Assembly: GCA_023213395.1 (NCBI GenBank)
Contig: CM041465.1
Span: 196,299,741 to 196,363,740, forward strand
DNA length: 64,000 bases
DNA from: Cycas panzhihuaensis
Taxonomy: Eukaryota; Plantae; Cycadophyta
Reading direction: 5' to 3'
Under the pieces are notes generated by a model that was not told where the DNA came from, searched no databases, and saw only the letters and a list, made by a program, of their open reading frames with translations. Below, in pieces: positions 51,390-64,000 of this stretch (its first letter is position 1; every line of letters begins with the position of its first letter). A program made the translations under genes and the position numbers.

Positions 51390-54300
51390 TACATAGGGCC
51401 AAAAAGGGGGACATACCAATCGCTGAATGGTGAGAGGAGTTATACTAGTATTCTACCAGGGAAAGCCAAGAAGTCCAGTTAGCAGGGTGTTCTGAGGCAA
51501 AACAATGTAGATAGGTTTTCAGGGTTTTGTTCAAGACCTAAAATTAGCCATCGGTTTGCGGGTGGTATACAGAACTCATGCTAAATGATGTTCCAATAGC
51601 CCTAAAGAGTTCTTGCCAAAATGAGTTGGTGAACTTGGGGTCTCAGTCGCAAATGATGGTCGAAGGGAAGCCGTGAAGGAAAAATATGAATTAGATATAT
51701 AAGTCAGCAAGGCAGGAGGACAGATATGAGGTGTGAACTAGGAGGAAGTGTGAATACTTGGTTAGTCGATCAGTGACCACCCAAATAGAATCAAACTTGA
51801 CAAATGGGGAAAAGCCCATTATAAAGTTCATAGCAATATTATGCCACTTACCTTGTGGAATATTTAATAGTTGAAGAAGTTCGAGAAGGGCTTTGGTATC
51901 GATTTTGTTTCGCTGACATGTGTCGCACTCTAATACAAAGGTGAATATGGTAGTCTTCATATGGGGCCAAAAGAAATCAATGCGAATGCGCCGATAAATC
52001 TTATCGAAACTTGAGTGGCCACTGAGGGGAGAAAAGTGGTATTCTGTTAAGATTCTAGGAATGAATGAGGAGGATGGGTGTACGAAGATGTGATTTCGAA
52101 AGAGTAGATGGTTGTTAAAGGTTGACCAACCTTTGTGGGTGGAAACATTTTCAATCCAGTTAGTGTAATCAAGCTGGGCCTGGTTTTCAGCCTATAATTC
52201 AATGAGTCAAAGGGGTTGGGGCCTGGCTATGGCATGGAGACTGGGGTTGGGAGTACTAACATTGGGGTGCACACGAAAAAGGGTGTCTGCAACTGTATTG
52301 TCTTTGCCTTTTTTATACGATATTATAAAGTCAAAGATCTGAAGATGGCTAATCCACATAACCTATTCTTCAGATAAAACTAGTTGATCCAATAGATTAT
52401 GGAGGCTATGATGATCCATGCTTGTTCTTCAGATAAAACTCGCTGATCCAACAAATTGTGGAGGCTATGATAATTTGTGGGAATAATAAATTTGGAGCCT
52501 AAGAGGTATTGTTGCCATTTATCAACGGCATAAAGAATAGCTTTTATCTCCTTCTGATATGTGGAGAGACGAAACTCATGATCTTTCAATTTTCGACTCT
52601 CGAATACAATGGAATGAGAGCCTTGCATCAAGACTACACCTAGGCCAAATCCAGAGGCATCACATTCAAGTTGAAAAGGCTAGTTAAAATCAAGAGTGAT
52701 GAGGATTGGGGTAGATGTCATTACGACCTTGAGAAAAGAAAAAGCGGCATTAGCTTTTGGGGACCATTAAAAGGCATCTTTGTGGAGGAGATATGTTAAG
52801 GGGGCAGTGAGGGAGGGGTAGTTAAGCACACAATGACGATAGAATCTTGTGAGGCCAAGGAATGCACGGAGTTGGGTAAAGGTGGTTGGTGTTGGCCAAG
52901 TTGTGATGGCAAATATTTTATCAGGGTCCATGCATACCCCTTCCAATGATATGATATGCCCCAAGTATTGGAGTTCGAATTGCCCAAACTTACACTTAGA
53001 TAATTTCGCATAGAGTTGGTGGGTTTGTAATGTTTGAAGAATAAGTTATAGGTGTTAGATGTGGTGGTCGAGACAAACACCATAAATGAGGATATTATCA
53101 AAGAAGACTATGACAAATTTTCGAAGATAGGGGCCAAAAATTTTGTTCATGAGATCTTGGAAACTTGCTGGAGAATTATAAAGGCTGAAGGGCATTGCAT
53201 AAAGCTCAAAATGGCTATGATGTGTTTGGAATATTGTCTTATGGCAATTTTCTAGGGCAATTAGGATTTGGTAGTAACCATACTAAAGGTCTAACTTAGG
53301 AAAAATAGTTGTGCCATGGATTTCGTCCAACATGTTGTCTATGCACAGGGTGGGGAACTTATTTTTTATGGTAGTTTTATCAAATTCCCTATAATCGATG
53401 TAGAGGCAAAAGGAACCATCCTTCTTCTTAACCAAAACAATTGGAGCCACGTAGGGGCTTTTGTTTGGTTGGATTATGCCCATGTTCATGAGTTCGATCA
53501 TGAGTTTCTCAATTTCATTCTTTTAAAAGTATGAGTTGCAGTAGGGCCTCAAGCTGATAGGGTCATGATTGGATTGGAGGTCAATTGTGTGATAGAAACC
53601 ACTATCAGGTGGGGTAATGGCAGGTAGAGGGGCAAATACCTACTTGTATTGGGTAATGACATCCTAGATATGTGGGTGAATTTGCAGTTCGATTTGAATA
53701 TTGTTGAGACAAACTATGTATCCTAGGTGAAATTAAAGATGGCATTTCATGCGTCCTAGTGAGACCACTTGGCTAGGAGGGGATTGCATCCCATAAATTT
53801 TGTGATTCTGACCCATTTGGTCTTTGAATGCGATGAAAGGGTTACTAGGTGAGTTATTCATACTGTAAGTCCCTAGGGTTTGCAACCACCGAATACCCAA
53901 CATAACATTAAACCCTCTCATCAATAAGGCATAACAATCTAACACCAAAAGGTAGGTCCCGATTTGGACCTGGAGGTTTTTAATAACATCCAACTAGGGA
54001 GCTTCTAGTGCCCTGGCAGGGAATAGGTGAAGCTAGTTTTTGGTACTATATATAGGTTAAGTTGGTGGGTTATAGAGATATCAAGGAAATTGAGTGACGC
54101 ACCATCGTTGATTAAGATTGACATTGGAGTCTTATGAAGAATGCCTCTGACACATAAGGATTTGGGACAAGAGGTGGTGGTGACAGCGGATAAGGATACT
54201 TCGAGGTGAGGGTTCGGGGTGGGGTCTTGATGGATTTCATCTTTAGCCTCGTGTTCACAGTTGGAATCAAAGGATTCATCAGGGGATAGGGACGGGTCAA

Positions 54301-55115
54301 TGGAAAAACCCATGCGTTGTGCCTTGGAAAAGCAGTCATGCTCAGAAGTCCACTTTTTGCATACTGCATATAGAGGCTGGCCTCTAGTGTACATTGTGCT
54401 TCATCTTGGGAAATTTAGACTCTTTTGGTGGATGAGTCATCATTCTATCAGTTGGTAGCTGAGCAAGTGGGGTCATTCTATTGCGGTCTGAGACATGCTA
54501 AGTCGAATTGAGGATGGACAATATTGTCAAATCAGAGCTACGGTCGCTGAATGTTTGACTCTTGAGTGCATGAAAACCAAGGGTTATCTCTTCGAGTATT
54601 TGAGGATCTATCAACTACAAATTCAACCTCTACTTGAAGGCTTCCTTGAGGGACTGAATTGCCATTGTCTTTAGTCTCATTTGAATATGATCTTGGAGTC
54701 TAGCCACATAAATGTCGATCACTGTTTGTTGTCAAAGTTTTGACTTTGTGGCAAGCAACTATACAAAGCCTGGAATTCGTCGGTGAAGGCCTCCACTGTT
54801 GTAGTTTGTTTAAATTGTGTAAGTTGAGTGAAAAATGATTGGCTCCATGTGTCCTTATATTAATCAAAGAAATAACTTGTGAAGTGGGACCACGTTAGGT
54901 GGGAGGGATATTCTCGCTTCTACAAATTGAACCAATGGTGACCTCATCCATCTAGGTGGATGGAGGCATACAAGAGTTGATCATCCTCTAACATCGAGTG
55001 GAGTGTGAAGAATGATTCCAACTTGTTGATCCGACTCCGAATGCACTCTCTGTTCACATCTGGATCAAAGGTACGAATATTGATTTTATGGTGAAAAAAT
55101 GGTTGCCTTGGTGGG
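51390..55115 (-). mobile_element. Truncated, decayed Ty3/gypsy chromovirus-type element (gag-PR-RT-RH-INT)
   Basis: Gag (INKLESFF...YASIHLDG..HHWF), protease (ILINDGASLNFLD), RT (PNKSPYVAPIVLVKKKDGSFCLYIDYR), RH (AFLGLTRFYR) and INT (VVTDRLTKYSHF, YHPQTDG). No 3' LTR visible; gag stops abruptly at 55115. Confidence 0.9.
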
Positions 55116-57625
55116 TGTTTCCCAGCTATTGGGAATGGACTCGGGACGCATCGGCACAGGTTTGTTCAGGTATATGTTCTCACCTTTCTTACCTATGTTA
55201 ATTAAGGTAATTTAGAGTAGTTTGATTGACATATGCCTGCCTACATGCATTTGTTTGTCTGCCTGTTCATAATGCATGTGCCTAACGGCACGCTTTCAGC
55301 CTATGACGACTCACAGCGGGGGCATTCCTCAGCGAATGCGACACCTCGTATGGCATACAGCCACTCACGATGTCTCCACGGTCTCCCGGGATTATTTCTG
55401 CCAGCTTGTTTGTTCTTGTTACAACATGTCGCTTATGTTGCAGTCCTTCCTAAGTCTGGTTTAACCCTTAGTTAGGGCTCTTTGCATTGTTTAGTCTTGG
55501 CCTTGCACAGGCCTTCCCGATCGATGTAATTCATGTTTAGCCTTTGATCTTACCTCAAAATCGGATTTTGTCGCCGCTTTTTCTTTTTTAGTTTGGTACG
55601 TCTGCGGTAAACTAAGCTGATGCAGTATTGCGTGATCTGCATGAGTTTGCCGCAGACGACTGCTCGAAATTTTAAAAAGAGAACCGCATGACGATTCCGC
55701 TTTTTCACGTAAGCGCGTGGCTCCGATGCGATTGGAGGCGCCCCAACGTCCCCAACGTTCACTTACTGTGAACAAGAGATAAAAGGATTTTTTTTATTCA
55801 TTTGCATCATTCTTGGGCTCATTTTTCAAAAACCTCCAAGAGCAACTGTTCATAAAAACACAAGGAAAAGACACAGAAATCAAAGAACTTCATGTACAGC
55901 AGTTGGACAGAGGTGAAGTGGGCTGCCACCAGCTGGAGTTGCAGGGCCATTGCTGCCCCCTACTGTTCTCCACAACAAGTTCCACTCTCCCTTACAAATG
56001 CTCAAAGATCCAAGGGATTCCTTCACTAAAAAGGCTACTCCAAGGATCAACTTTCAGCTCTCAACTTGCATGGAGCTTCTCCCATCTACACTCATGCAAA
56101 AAACACTCAGAATCAGCCTCTAGACATTGTTTGTTGCTGCTGCTCCAAGTGGCCAAGTGCATGCATGCATGCCCTTTCTCATCCAAGGTATTTCTTGTTG
56201 GTGCTTTTTTCCTTGCTTTTTTGTTGTTCTACTAGCAAACTCTTTTCCCCCCTTTGCATTTACTTTCTTTGATATTTCCTTTGTCATTCAATAAAAGTGG
56301 TCTTAGCTAGGTGTAGCTTTCCTATAGTGCTGCCCTAGACTGGGGGTATTTCCTTGCATTTCCTTGAGATTCATCCTTTCCCTCTAAGCTATCTCTTCCA
56401 CCCTTTTCTGAGTTAGCCGGTGTAAAGGGTTTCACACGAGGGTTTGAGGGAGATAGGCAGGGTTTCGTCCCCCATTGCCGTCCTTCTCCCCAAGGGTTCT
56501 GTCCCTTGTCCTCTCTCCCTTTACCATCCGCGCTTTCTTAGGAAACGGGGCTAGGGAAGCCTAAGAGAGTTGGTTTGAGCTTTCCCTTGGCGAGGTAACC
56601 CATCACTACCCGTCTCACCTTGTTGCCCGCTAACGTTTCCTTCCCAAACCCCGTGGAGACCTCCCGTGGGTGAGTTAGCCATCCCGAGGCTATACTCAGT
56701 CCTATGTAGTATGTTTTATGGTGCATGACAGTGTATATGCTTATCGTACAGTTTTGTTTCATTTTTGCTACGTTCTAGCGCATAACTCAAGTTATTTAGC
56801 TTAGTTGATTTCGTTTCCATATATATATATATCTTTGCCGTGCTTCGTAGCCTCTCTCCCGAGAGGAAGGTGCTCTCTCTACTTGTCCGCAGGATCGCGT
56901 TGGAGGAGGTGGTGCGCGAGACGAACCCGTTCTTGGAGTCGGCTCTCACACGGTATTTCTCTCCTTTAGCGTTGAGTTCTTTTTTCGTCTTTCCATTTTA
57001 TCTAGTTCTCGCATGTCCAAGGGGAGGTAAGTGAACCCCCTTCACCACCGTTGATCAACGTTGCATGCGCAGAGGAAAGAGGAAAGGAGCGCAACCAAGA
57101 AGGAGAATCCACACTCAACCTCAACCGCCGGATCTAGGTATTCTTCGCGTTTCCTTTGTTTTTCCCCCTTATATCATTCTTGCTTTTTGCACCTGCCTGA
57201 TAGGTGAAAGATAAGGAAACATAAAGGAAAAAGGGAAATAATCTTTTATTTTACATTTACTTTCTCGCACTGTCTCTTTACTTTACATAACATAGGAATA
57301 GAAGACCCGTTTATGCTGTACCTCCCAGCCACGATTTATTTCACACCCGTTGCACGTTGGTTTTATTGCCCTCTCGTTGCCTTCTCATTACCTTGAGACG
57401 CCGCAACGCGCGAGGTTTCCCTTTCCTTCCCGGCCATCCGAAGGGTAGGAAGGCCTCGTATTTGCATGGCTACCTGGAAGCAACCAGGCACCTTGCAGCC
57501 CCCGAACCTACACTCCGGCGCACGGACGTCCTGCGAGGTGAGATCCCTGCTGCCTAGCCTAGTCAGTGTGGTGTTTTATATCCCTTTGCTAGACGCAGGA
57601 TCACCGCCCCGCAGGGAGCGTTCCA
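55116..57625 (+). repeat. Putative 5' LTR (~2.5 kb) of Tat-like element
   Basis: TG...CA segment bounded by the host gag break and the PBS. The partner LTR is outside the window, so the ends are unverified. Confidence 0.65.
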
Positions 57626-57626
57626 C

Positions 57627-57644
57627 TGGCGACCATACTGGGGA
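57627..57644 (+). promoter_or_regulatory. Primer binding site, tRNA-Arg type
   Basis: TGGCGACCATACTGGGGA, 1 nt after CA, resembles the Tat/Ogre PBS TGGCGACTCC(A/G)CTGGGGA. Confidence 0.75.
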
Positions 57645-57899
57645 TTGCCAGTAAGGGAGCTAAATCTGCTTCCCCTTCTTGTTGGTGTTCTTGCCTCTAG
57701 GTAGTTTCGCATCCCGTGTCTTCCAGTTGGGCAGCCCCCAACGTGCTTGCATTACTTTCCTGCCTTCCCTTTCCGCTTCTCCTAACGACGCTCACGAAGG
57801 CGTTGCATGCGACGTTTCTCGCGTCGCCTGCGAGGCTTACCGCCGTTGTTAGAAGACCAATCGTCTCATTTCCTTCCGTCGTCGAACCCCGATTCGACA

Positions 57900-60800
57900 A
57901 TGGAAGGTTACCCGTCCGATTGGGCCTACCGTCCCATGGCTTCAGGAACTCAAGAGTTCCCTTCATCTGTTCTGGAATCCACCCATGAGGGCGATGATTC
58001 CATCTACTATCCAGATGACCATTTCCACCCGGATGACTTTCAGCCTTCCGCCCAAGCAATGGAAGATTCGGACCCTCACGAGACTCGCCACCCCACTGGC
58101 GAGCCTTACGAGGGGCGCCCCGAAGGATCCCCTACTTTCGAAGTCCATTCGACCTCGTATGGCTATGAGGATACCCCTCCCGCTGACGCGGTCGAGGTGC
58201 TTAGCGAGTACTTTCGAGGCGGCTCGCCGATCGCATCCTAGATGGTTTGCGAAATCTTTGCGCAACGTAGCATCTTCTTCATCCATGCTGCATCATCTAC
58301 AACGCTGATGCTTCTACGCGCACACGCCCCTATGCCGTGTCTACCCGACTCCCAAGGCAAGTGTTGCGCGCTTGTTTCGGTAGTGGTCCTACATCCTCGG
58401 GACTGCTCGTGGTGTGTCCTTCCCTCAACTTGGGGTTAGCATGCCATGCCCTAGCCAAACGCACGCGCCACCTCCGAACGTGACACATGCATTCCTTAGT
58501 AGGCCTCGGGGTCCTACTAGTGCCGCTGCCATTAGCCATGTAGGACCCACTCCTACATATGTCCAAAACCTGATTGATGGTCCTTCTCTTTACGTGCCCC
58601 CTGGTTACACTGCTCAACCTTGGGGGCAAGGCAAGGGAAGCCATCTCCCTGTCTACGGGGTGGACCCGCTGCACCCATATGGGGTTGCGCCACCTACGGG
58701 TGGCCCATATGGGCAAAACCCGGTCCCCCATCCCTCACTTCCATCGTCCAGTGCGACTCCCGTGGACGCGTCATCGCAAGGGAGCGCACCTCCTTTTCAG
58801 AGCCTTTACCCGCAGCCCCCTTTTCAACAAGAGGTCTTTTCCTAAGGAGGGATGGGTTTACCACCCCCATCCATTCCTTTGCCGGTTGTCGATCCATTAG
58901 CCCAAGCAAGGACACGTCCTTTCGTGGACTATAGGTCGACGCCATTGTTTGTTGAGGCACTAAGGACTAACCTGCCGCCTCACCCTCTGAAGTTCCCAAA
59001 TTCGACGGGACTTCGTCCGCAAGACCCAACCGAGCATGTCTGTGACTTCTCTATGGCGTGCATCGATTATTGGGCTTACGACCATATACTTATGAAGCTA
59101 TTCCCGCGGTCCTTGCAGGGCGATGCCCTCAAGTGGTTTTACCGCCTTCCTGCCCATTCGATCTCTTCATTCCAGCAACTAGTGGACGAGTTCGTCAACT
59201 ATTTTAACGTAGCCTGCCCATTCGAAAGTGGAATGAAGGCGCTTATGTCGCTTTAACAAGGTCACGATGAGATGAACTGTGACTTTGTGCGACGCTTTCA
59301 CGATCTTCTTCACTCCACCAAGGTCACGTTGCCTGAGGAGTTGAAGAGGGATCTCTTTGTCAATGCACTTCGCTCCGAAGTGCATGTGGAAGTCCTCAAG
59401 ACGGGGGCGACCACGTGTGACTCCGCCATCACGAGGTGTTTAGCTTTGGAGGCCATTGAGATCCAAGCGGGACTCAAGAAACCTCCTAGGCCCTCGCAAC
59501 GTCGCGAGGCACCTCCTCCAGTGAAGGAGACCAAACCTTCGCAGCCCGCTAGGTCCACCTCTCATCCGACTGAGAGGACCCTAGATCCCCTTACCTCCGC
59601 CATTCGCTCATTCGAGCGCACGATGAAGGAGTTAAAACTTCAATCTCCTTCATCGCCAACCTCCCATAAACACATCCGTGAGACTTCTCGTGCGATGCCC
59701 CCAAAGGGGAAACACCCGCCTTCTCAAGCAAGGAGGACTGATCCTCCCTTGAGAAGAGGTGGTGCTCCATCCACGGAGAATGTTTCCATGACGATTCGCG
59801 TTGCCGGGCACAGCACCCACGCGACGCCCCGCCGCGCAACTCGTCCCCTAGGCGGACATCGAGGCCTAACCTCGATCAGCCCATTCATAGAGACCCGTTC
59901 CCCAAGCATGGGGAACGGGGTCGCGATGTCCAGCAAAGGAACAGCCGGAATCGGGATAGGTCTCCCGATCCCCGCCCTTTGCGTGGTAGAGGGAAGGGTG
60001 TGCAGAGGTCGCCTTCCCCTTCGCGATCTCCTGACCGCCGCGCTCCATCACCTTCGCGGTCCCGTAACAAGGGAAAGAAGGTGATCCAAATGCTCGAGAC
60101 CACTCCTCTTCAAGCGTTAACCCGGTCTCAAGCTGCCAAGGAGGCAACTGGTGCCTCCGCGTCTACCTCGCAGCTTGATCCTCCTCCGGAAGCTACTCCT
60201 TCAGAGATTCCCGCACTTCCCAAGACTATTCCCGTACGCCCCGGGTGATTCGACTTTAGGAGAGCCCTTACCCAACCCACAGGGAGGAGTAAGCCTTTCT
60301 CCGTAGTCGAAGAGCTTCTACCGCGTGGTCACGGGATGTCCATCATGGATGTCTTGAGAAGTTGCCCGGAGCAACGAGCGCTCCTCCTGGAAGCTCTTGG
60401 ATCGAATGACGCGTCCGTTCATGCCTTGGGTACGACCCCAAGCGATGAACCCATTATCTCCTTCGACCCCAGAGATCTTCCCGCATCCAGTGGAAGGGAA
60501 CGCCAATGGAACTTCCCTTTCACCATTACCATAGATACTCCCGATTGCACGTTGCGGAGAACCGTCGTGGACAACGGTTCTTCCGTCAACGCCATGCCCT
60601 TGCGCGTTATGCAAGAGCTCGGCGTTTCCGCCTTGGAACCTGTTCCATGGCGTTGTCAGGGTTATGATGGTACCGAGAAGACTCCCTTAGGATCTGTCTC
60701 GATACCCCTTACCCTCGAGGACAAGACTGTCGTTACCAACATCGTCGTCCTCGATGTCGATGTTGATTACAACTTGCTTCTAGGCCGACCATGGCTTGAC

Positions 60801-63800
60801 CAAATGGGAGCCGTGTGTTCCATCCGTTGGGGGCAACTTAAATTTGTCCATAATGGACAAATGAAAGTTGTCCTCATGACGATCGCTCGCCAAACCAGCT
60901 AGGCCTCCCGCCCAGGCAAGCCATGGCCATACGAAGGGAAACAAACGCCCTTCTGACCATGCCTCAGCTTGCTCCATTGGAATCTCCGATTCCTCCTACC
61001 GAGAAGAAAGTCCCGCGTCTTCTTCCCCTAGCTTGACGCGTTTTGCTCCTATTGGTGTTGGGAGCTATGGGTATGTTGCCGTGTTTAATGATGACGGATC
61101 CCATAGTGAGGACGAGGACCGTCCTCACCCAGTCTCGTTCCTACGCACCAGTGTGGGGCGTCTTCCTAGCCCTAGGCTCCCTTCTAGGACCTCTTTTGTT
61201 GTAGAGCCGGGTCACTTTCACATGTCACATGACATTGCGCATGTTGATCATCGCGTTCCTGGCGCTTCCATCCCGTCGCCTCCCATAGGTAACGATATTG
61301 AGAGTTCCCCTCTTGCTTTTTACGAGGGGCCTCTCCTTGACTCCCCTTCAGAGTCCCTTGCGGATGACGGGCAGTCTTCAGGCCATACCGGTCCTATCGC
61401 TCCCACGCCATCCCTCGCCTCGCCCATTCGAAGTCAGGCCATTGATGGGGTAGACTACTTCGAAGACGACGAGGCTTTGCTGGAACACTTAGCATGTTCC
61501 ATGCCGAGTTTGCCTCCTGGTCACCACAAGCTTGGCCACCAGAAGGTCTTAGCGATTGGGTCCACATTAGCTGACCCAATCCCCTCTTCCGTTTCCTCCC
61601 TTCCGATTGATCTTGCCCCCCTCCATTTCGAGGAGGGGAATGCCATGTGCATGGGGGCAACCCAGGACATAGTCCTTGCCCCAGATAAGGTCATCAAGGT
61701 AGGAGCGGAGTGCACCCCTGACGAGGTGAGGGAATACACCCTCCTGTTCTGGGAATTCTGCGATGTATTTGCGTGGGAATACTCAGACATGAAGGGCATT
61801 GACCCCTCCATCGTTGTGCATAACCTTACGACCTTCTCGGCGCCGCCCGTGCGTCGGCGGCGTCCTTCACCCAAAGCTTTCAGCTGCCGTTAAGATGGAA
61901 GTTGAGAAGCTTCTGGAGGCAGGACTTATCTCCTCCATCGATTACCCCAAGTGGGTATCGAATATCGTTCCCGTTGCTAAAAAGAACGGGACCATTCGTA
62001 TTTGTGTCGATTTTCGTGACATAAATAACGCTTGCCCTAAGGACAACTTTCCTCTTCCTTTCATCGATCAAATAATCGATCGTACGGTACGGATTGAAGT
62101 TATGTCACGATGGGCGGCTTCTCGGCTATAACGGATCCAGATTTCTCCCGAAGACCATCATAAGACGGCCTTCACGACGCCATGGGGTACCTTTGCCTAC
62201 AAGGCAATGCCCTTTGGTCTCAAAAATGCAGGGGCTACCTACCAGAGGGCCATGCACTTTATCTTTCACGACCTCATCAACAATACGATGGAGGTCTTCA
62301 TGGACGACATGATGGGCCTTTCCCGTTCCAGAGCCCATCATCTTTCCGACTTGCGTGCCATCTTCACAAGATGCCGCAAGTACCACATTAGTTTAAACCC
62401 GCTGAAATGCGTGTTTGCCGTTACTTAGGGCAAACTCCTTGGTTTCCTCGTGTCTCAACAAGGAATCCAAATCGATCTGGAAAAAGTCAAGGCGATCCTT
62501 GACATGCCACCGCCTAAGACCACAACGACAAATTAAGTCATTCCTAGGTAGGCTTGGTTTCTTGAGGCGTTTTTTGGCAGATTTCGCCATAAACGCCAAA
62601 CCCCTTATGAACCTATTGAAGAAATGAGCCCCTTTTGTCTGGTCGGACAAGACCCAAAAGGCCTTCGTAGGGCTCAAGGAAGCTCTCGTCTCCGCCCCTA
62701 CGCTGGCGCCTCCTCACTTCGATAGGCCCTTCATCCTATACACCTCGGCAACCGACGAATCCCTGAGCGCAATGCTCGCGCAGGAGGATGACTCGGGAAC
62801 CGAGAGGGCCATTTATTTCATCAACCGCACTCTCGTTGCCGCTGAATTGAACTATCCCCCCGCCGAAAAGGAATGCCTCTCCTTGGTCCATGCGACCAAG
62901 AAATTTTGGCATTACCTACTTAATAATCGATAAGGTGATCGTTCAATCCGATCCCTTGCTACTTTATTTACCCGTTCGATTTGTGGTAGGACGGGACGTT
63001 GGGCCGTCCTGCTTCAAGAATTCGACTTGCAGGTCGTCAATAGGAAGTCGAAGAAGGGGATGATAGTAGCGGAACAGTTAGCCGATGCTGCCATTCCCAA
63101 CGAGAGCGGCGTCCCCATTGACGACTCCTTCCTAGACGAGTCCATTATGACCGTCCAGGATGTTCCTCCTTACCCACTCGCCGATAGCGAGTGGTATGGC
63201 GACATTGTGCGATATTTGACTCAGCAAGAATATCGCCCCGAAGCCAGCAACAAAGTTAGGTCGCATATCCGCGCCACTGCTAGGCAACACCTCCTCGTGG
63301 ACGGGGTGTTGTACAAGAGATCTTTCGATGGGATCCTGCTTCGCTGCGTCGCTCCTGACGAAGCGGACCAAATACTCCGCGAGTGCCACCATGGCATTTG
63401 TGGGGGCCACTTTGGGGGCCAATCCATGGCCCAAAGGATCCTCCGCATGGGCTATTACTGGCCGTCCTTGTTCAAGGACGCCCACGCTTGCGCCCTTAGA
63501 TGCCGGCGTTGTCAAGAGCACGCCAACGTCTCTCACATACCTTTTGAGGCACTGCACCCTATCGTGTCTCCGTGGCCCTTTTCCCAATGGGGTTTAGACC
63601 TCATCGGGGCTATATCACCACCATCTTCCGCACAACATAAATATATCCTAACCGCTACCGAATACTTCACTAAATGGGCAGAGGCGATCCCACATCACTA
63701 CCCCGGCAAGGCGATAGCCACTTCGTCTACCAAAGATATTATCTATCGTTTCGGAATTCCAGACGTCCTAATTACGGATAATGGAACTTCCTTTTGTAAT

Positions 63801-64000
63801 AAGGAAATGGACGAATTGTGTGAGAAATTCAAAATCCCACAGAAGACGTCATCCCCTTATTACCCCCAAGCCAACGAGCAAATTGAATCTTTCAACAAAA
63901 CGCTCATTGGCATCTTGAAGAAAACCGTTGCTCAGTCTCAAAGAGACTGGCATATCCAGCTCCCTTCCGCTCTATGGGCTTATCGCACCTCTATCCGGAC
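57900..64000 (+). pseudogene. gag-pol of Tat-like element, with frameshifts and stops; incomplete at the window edge
   Basis: Gag (KLFPRSLQGDALKWFYRLP), protease (VVDNGSSVNAMP; YNLLLGRPW), RT (WVSNIVPVAKKNGTIRICVDFRDIN; MPFGLKNAGATYQRAM; FMDD), RH and integrase (CHHGICGGH..CRRC; WPFSQWGLDLIG; TDNG; YPQAN). Confidence 0.92.

Larger units (their letters stand above)
55116..64000 (+). mobile_element. GC-rich non-chromovirus Ty3/gypsy element (Tat/Athila superclade), continuing past the window end
   Basis: Starts TG exactly where the host gag is cut. An Arg-type PBS is at 57627, followed by gag, protease, RT, RH and integrase with Tat-like motifs. Confidence 0.92.

Noticed and set aside
56423-56500. 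Repeated AGGGTTT motifs as telomeric repeats
   Set aside because: They are dispersed and imperfect, not tandem TTTAGGG.
55233-57654. Short ORFs in the Tat-like LTR as accessory genes
   Set aside because: No recognisable domains; such ORFs are expected by chance in GC-richer DNA.

Overview
AT-rich, largely CpG-depleted land-plant genomic DNA made almost entirely of nested retrotransposons; I recognise no intact host gene. From left to right: (1) A decayed minus-strand Ty3/gypsy element is split by an old short-LTR element (2143-11581), which is in turn split by a structurally complete CRM-like chromovirus (4269-10998, TSD ATAGA). (2) A multi-layer nest of copia-derived non-autonomous elements (13.8-27.8 kb) includes a gag-only TR-GAG-like element (22588-25544, TSD AGATT). 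(3) An intronless, disabled RGP/UDP-arabinopyranose mutase copy lies at about 34526-35518 (-). (4) A minus-strand Ty1/copia element spans 35895-43834. (5) A 3.2-kb non-autonomous LTR element spans 45206-48427. (6) A LINE RT remnant and a truncated chromovirus (51390-55115, -) follow. (7) The chromovirus is interrupted by a GC-rich Tat/Athila-superclade element (55116 to the window end). The most unusual object is the 45206-48427 element. It carries 34-bp tandem units of tRNA-iMet PBS plus a mimic of the LTR CA terminus, which also occur inside its 3' LTR. It also carries a CpG-rich antisense segment that parses as six exons with GT-AG introns. A second, apparently unrelated element (18023-22380) seems to share this layout. 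All alignments, counts and lineage calls were made by eye.
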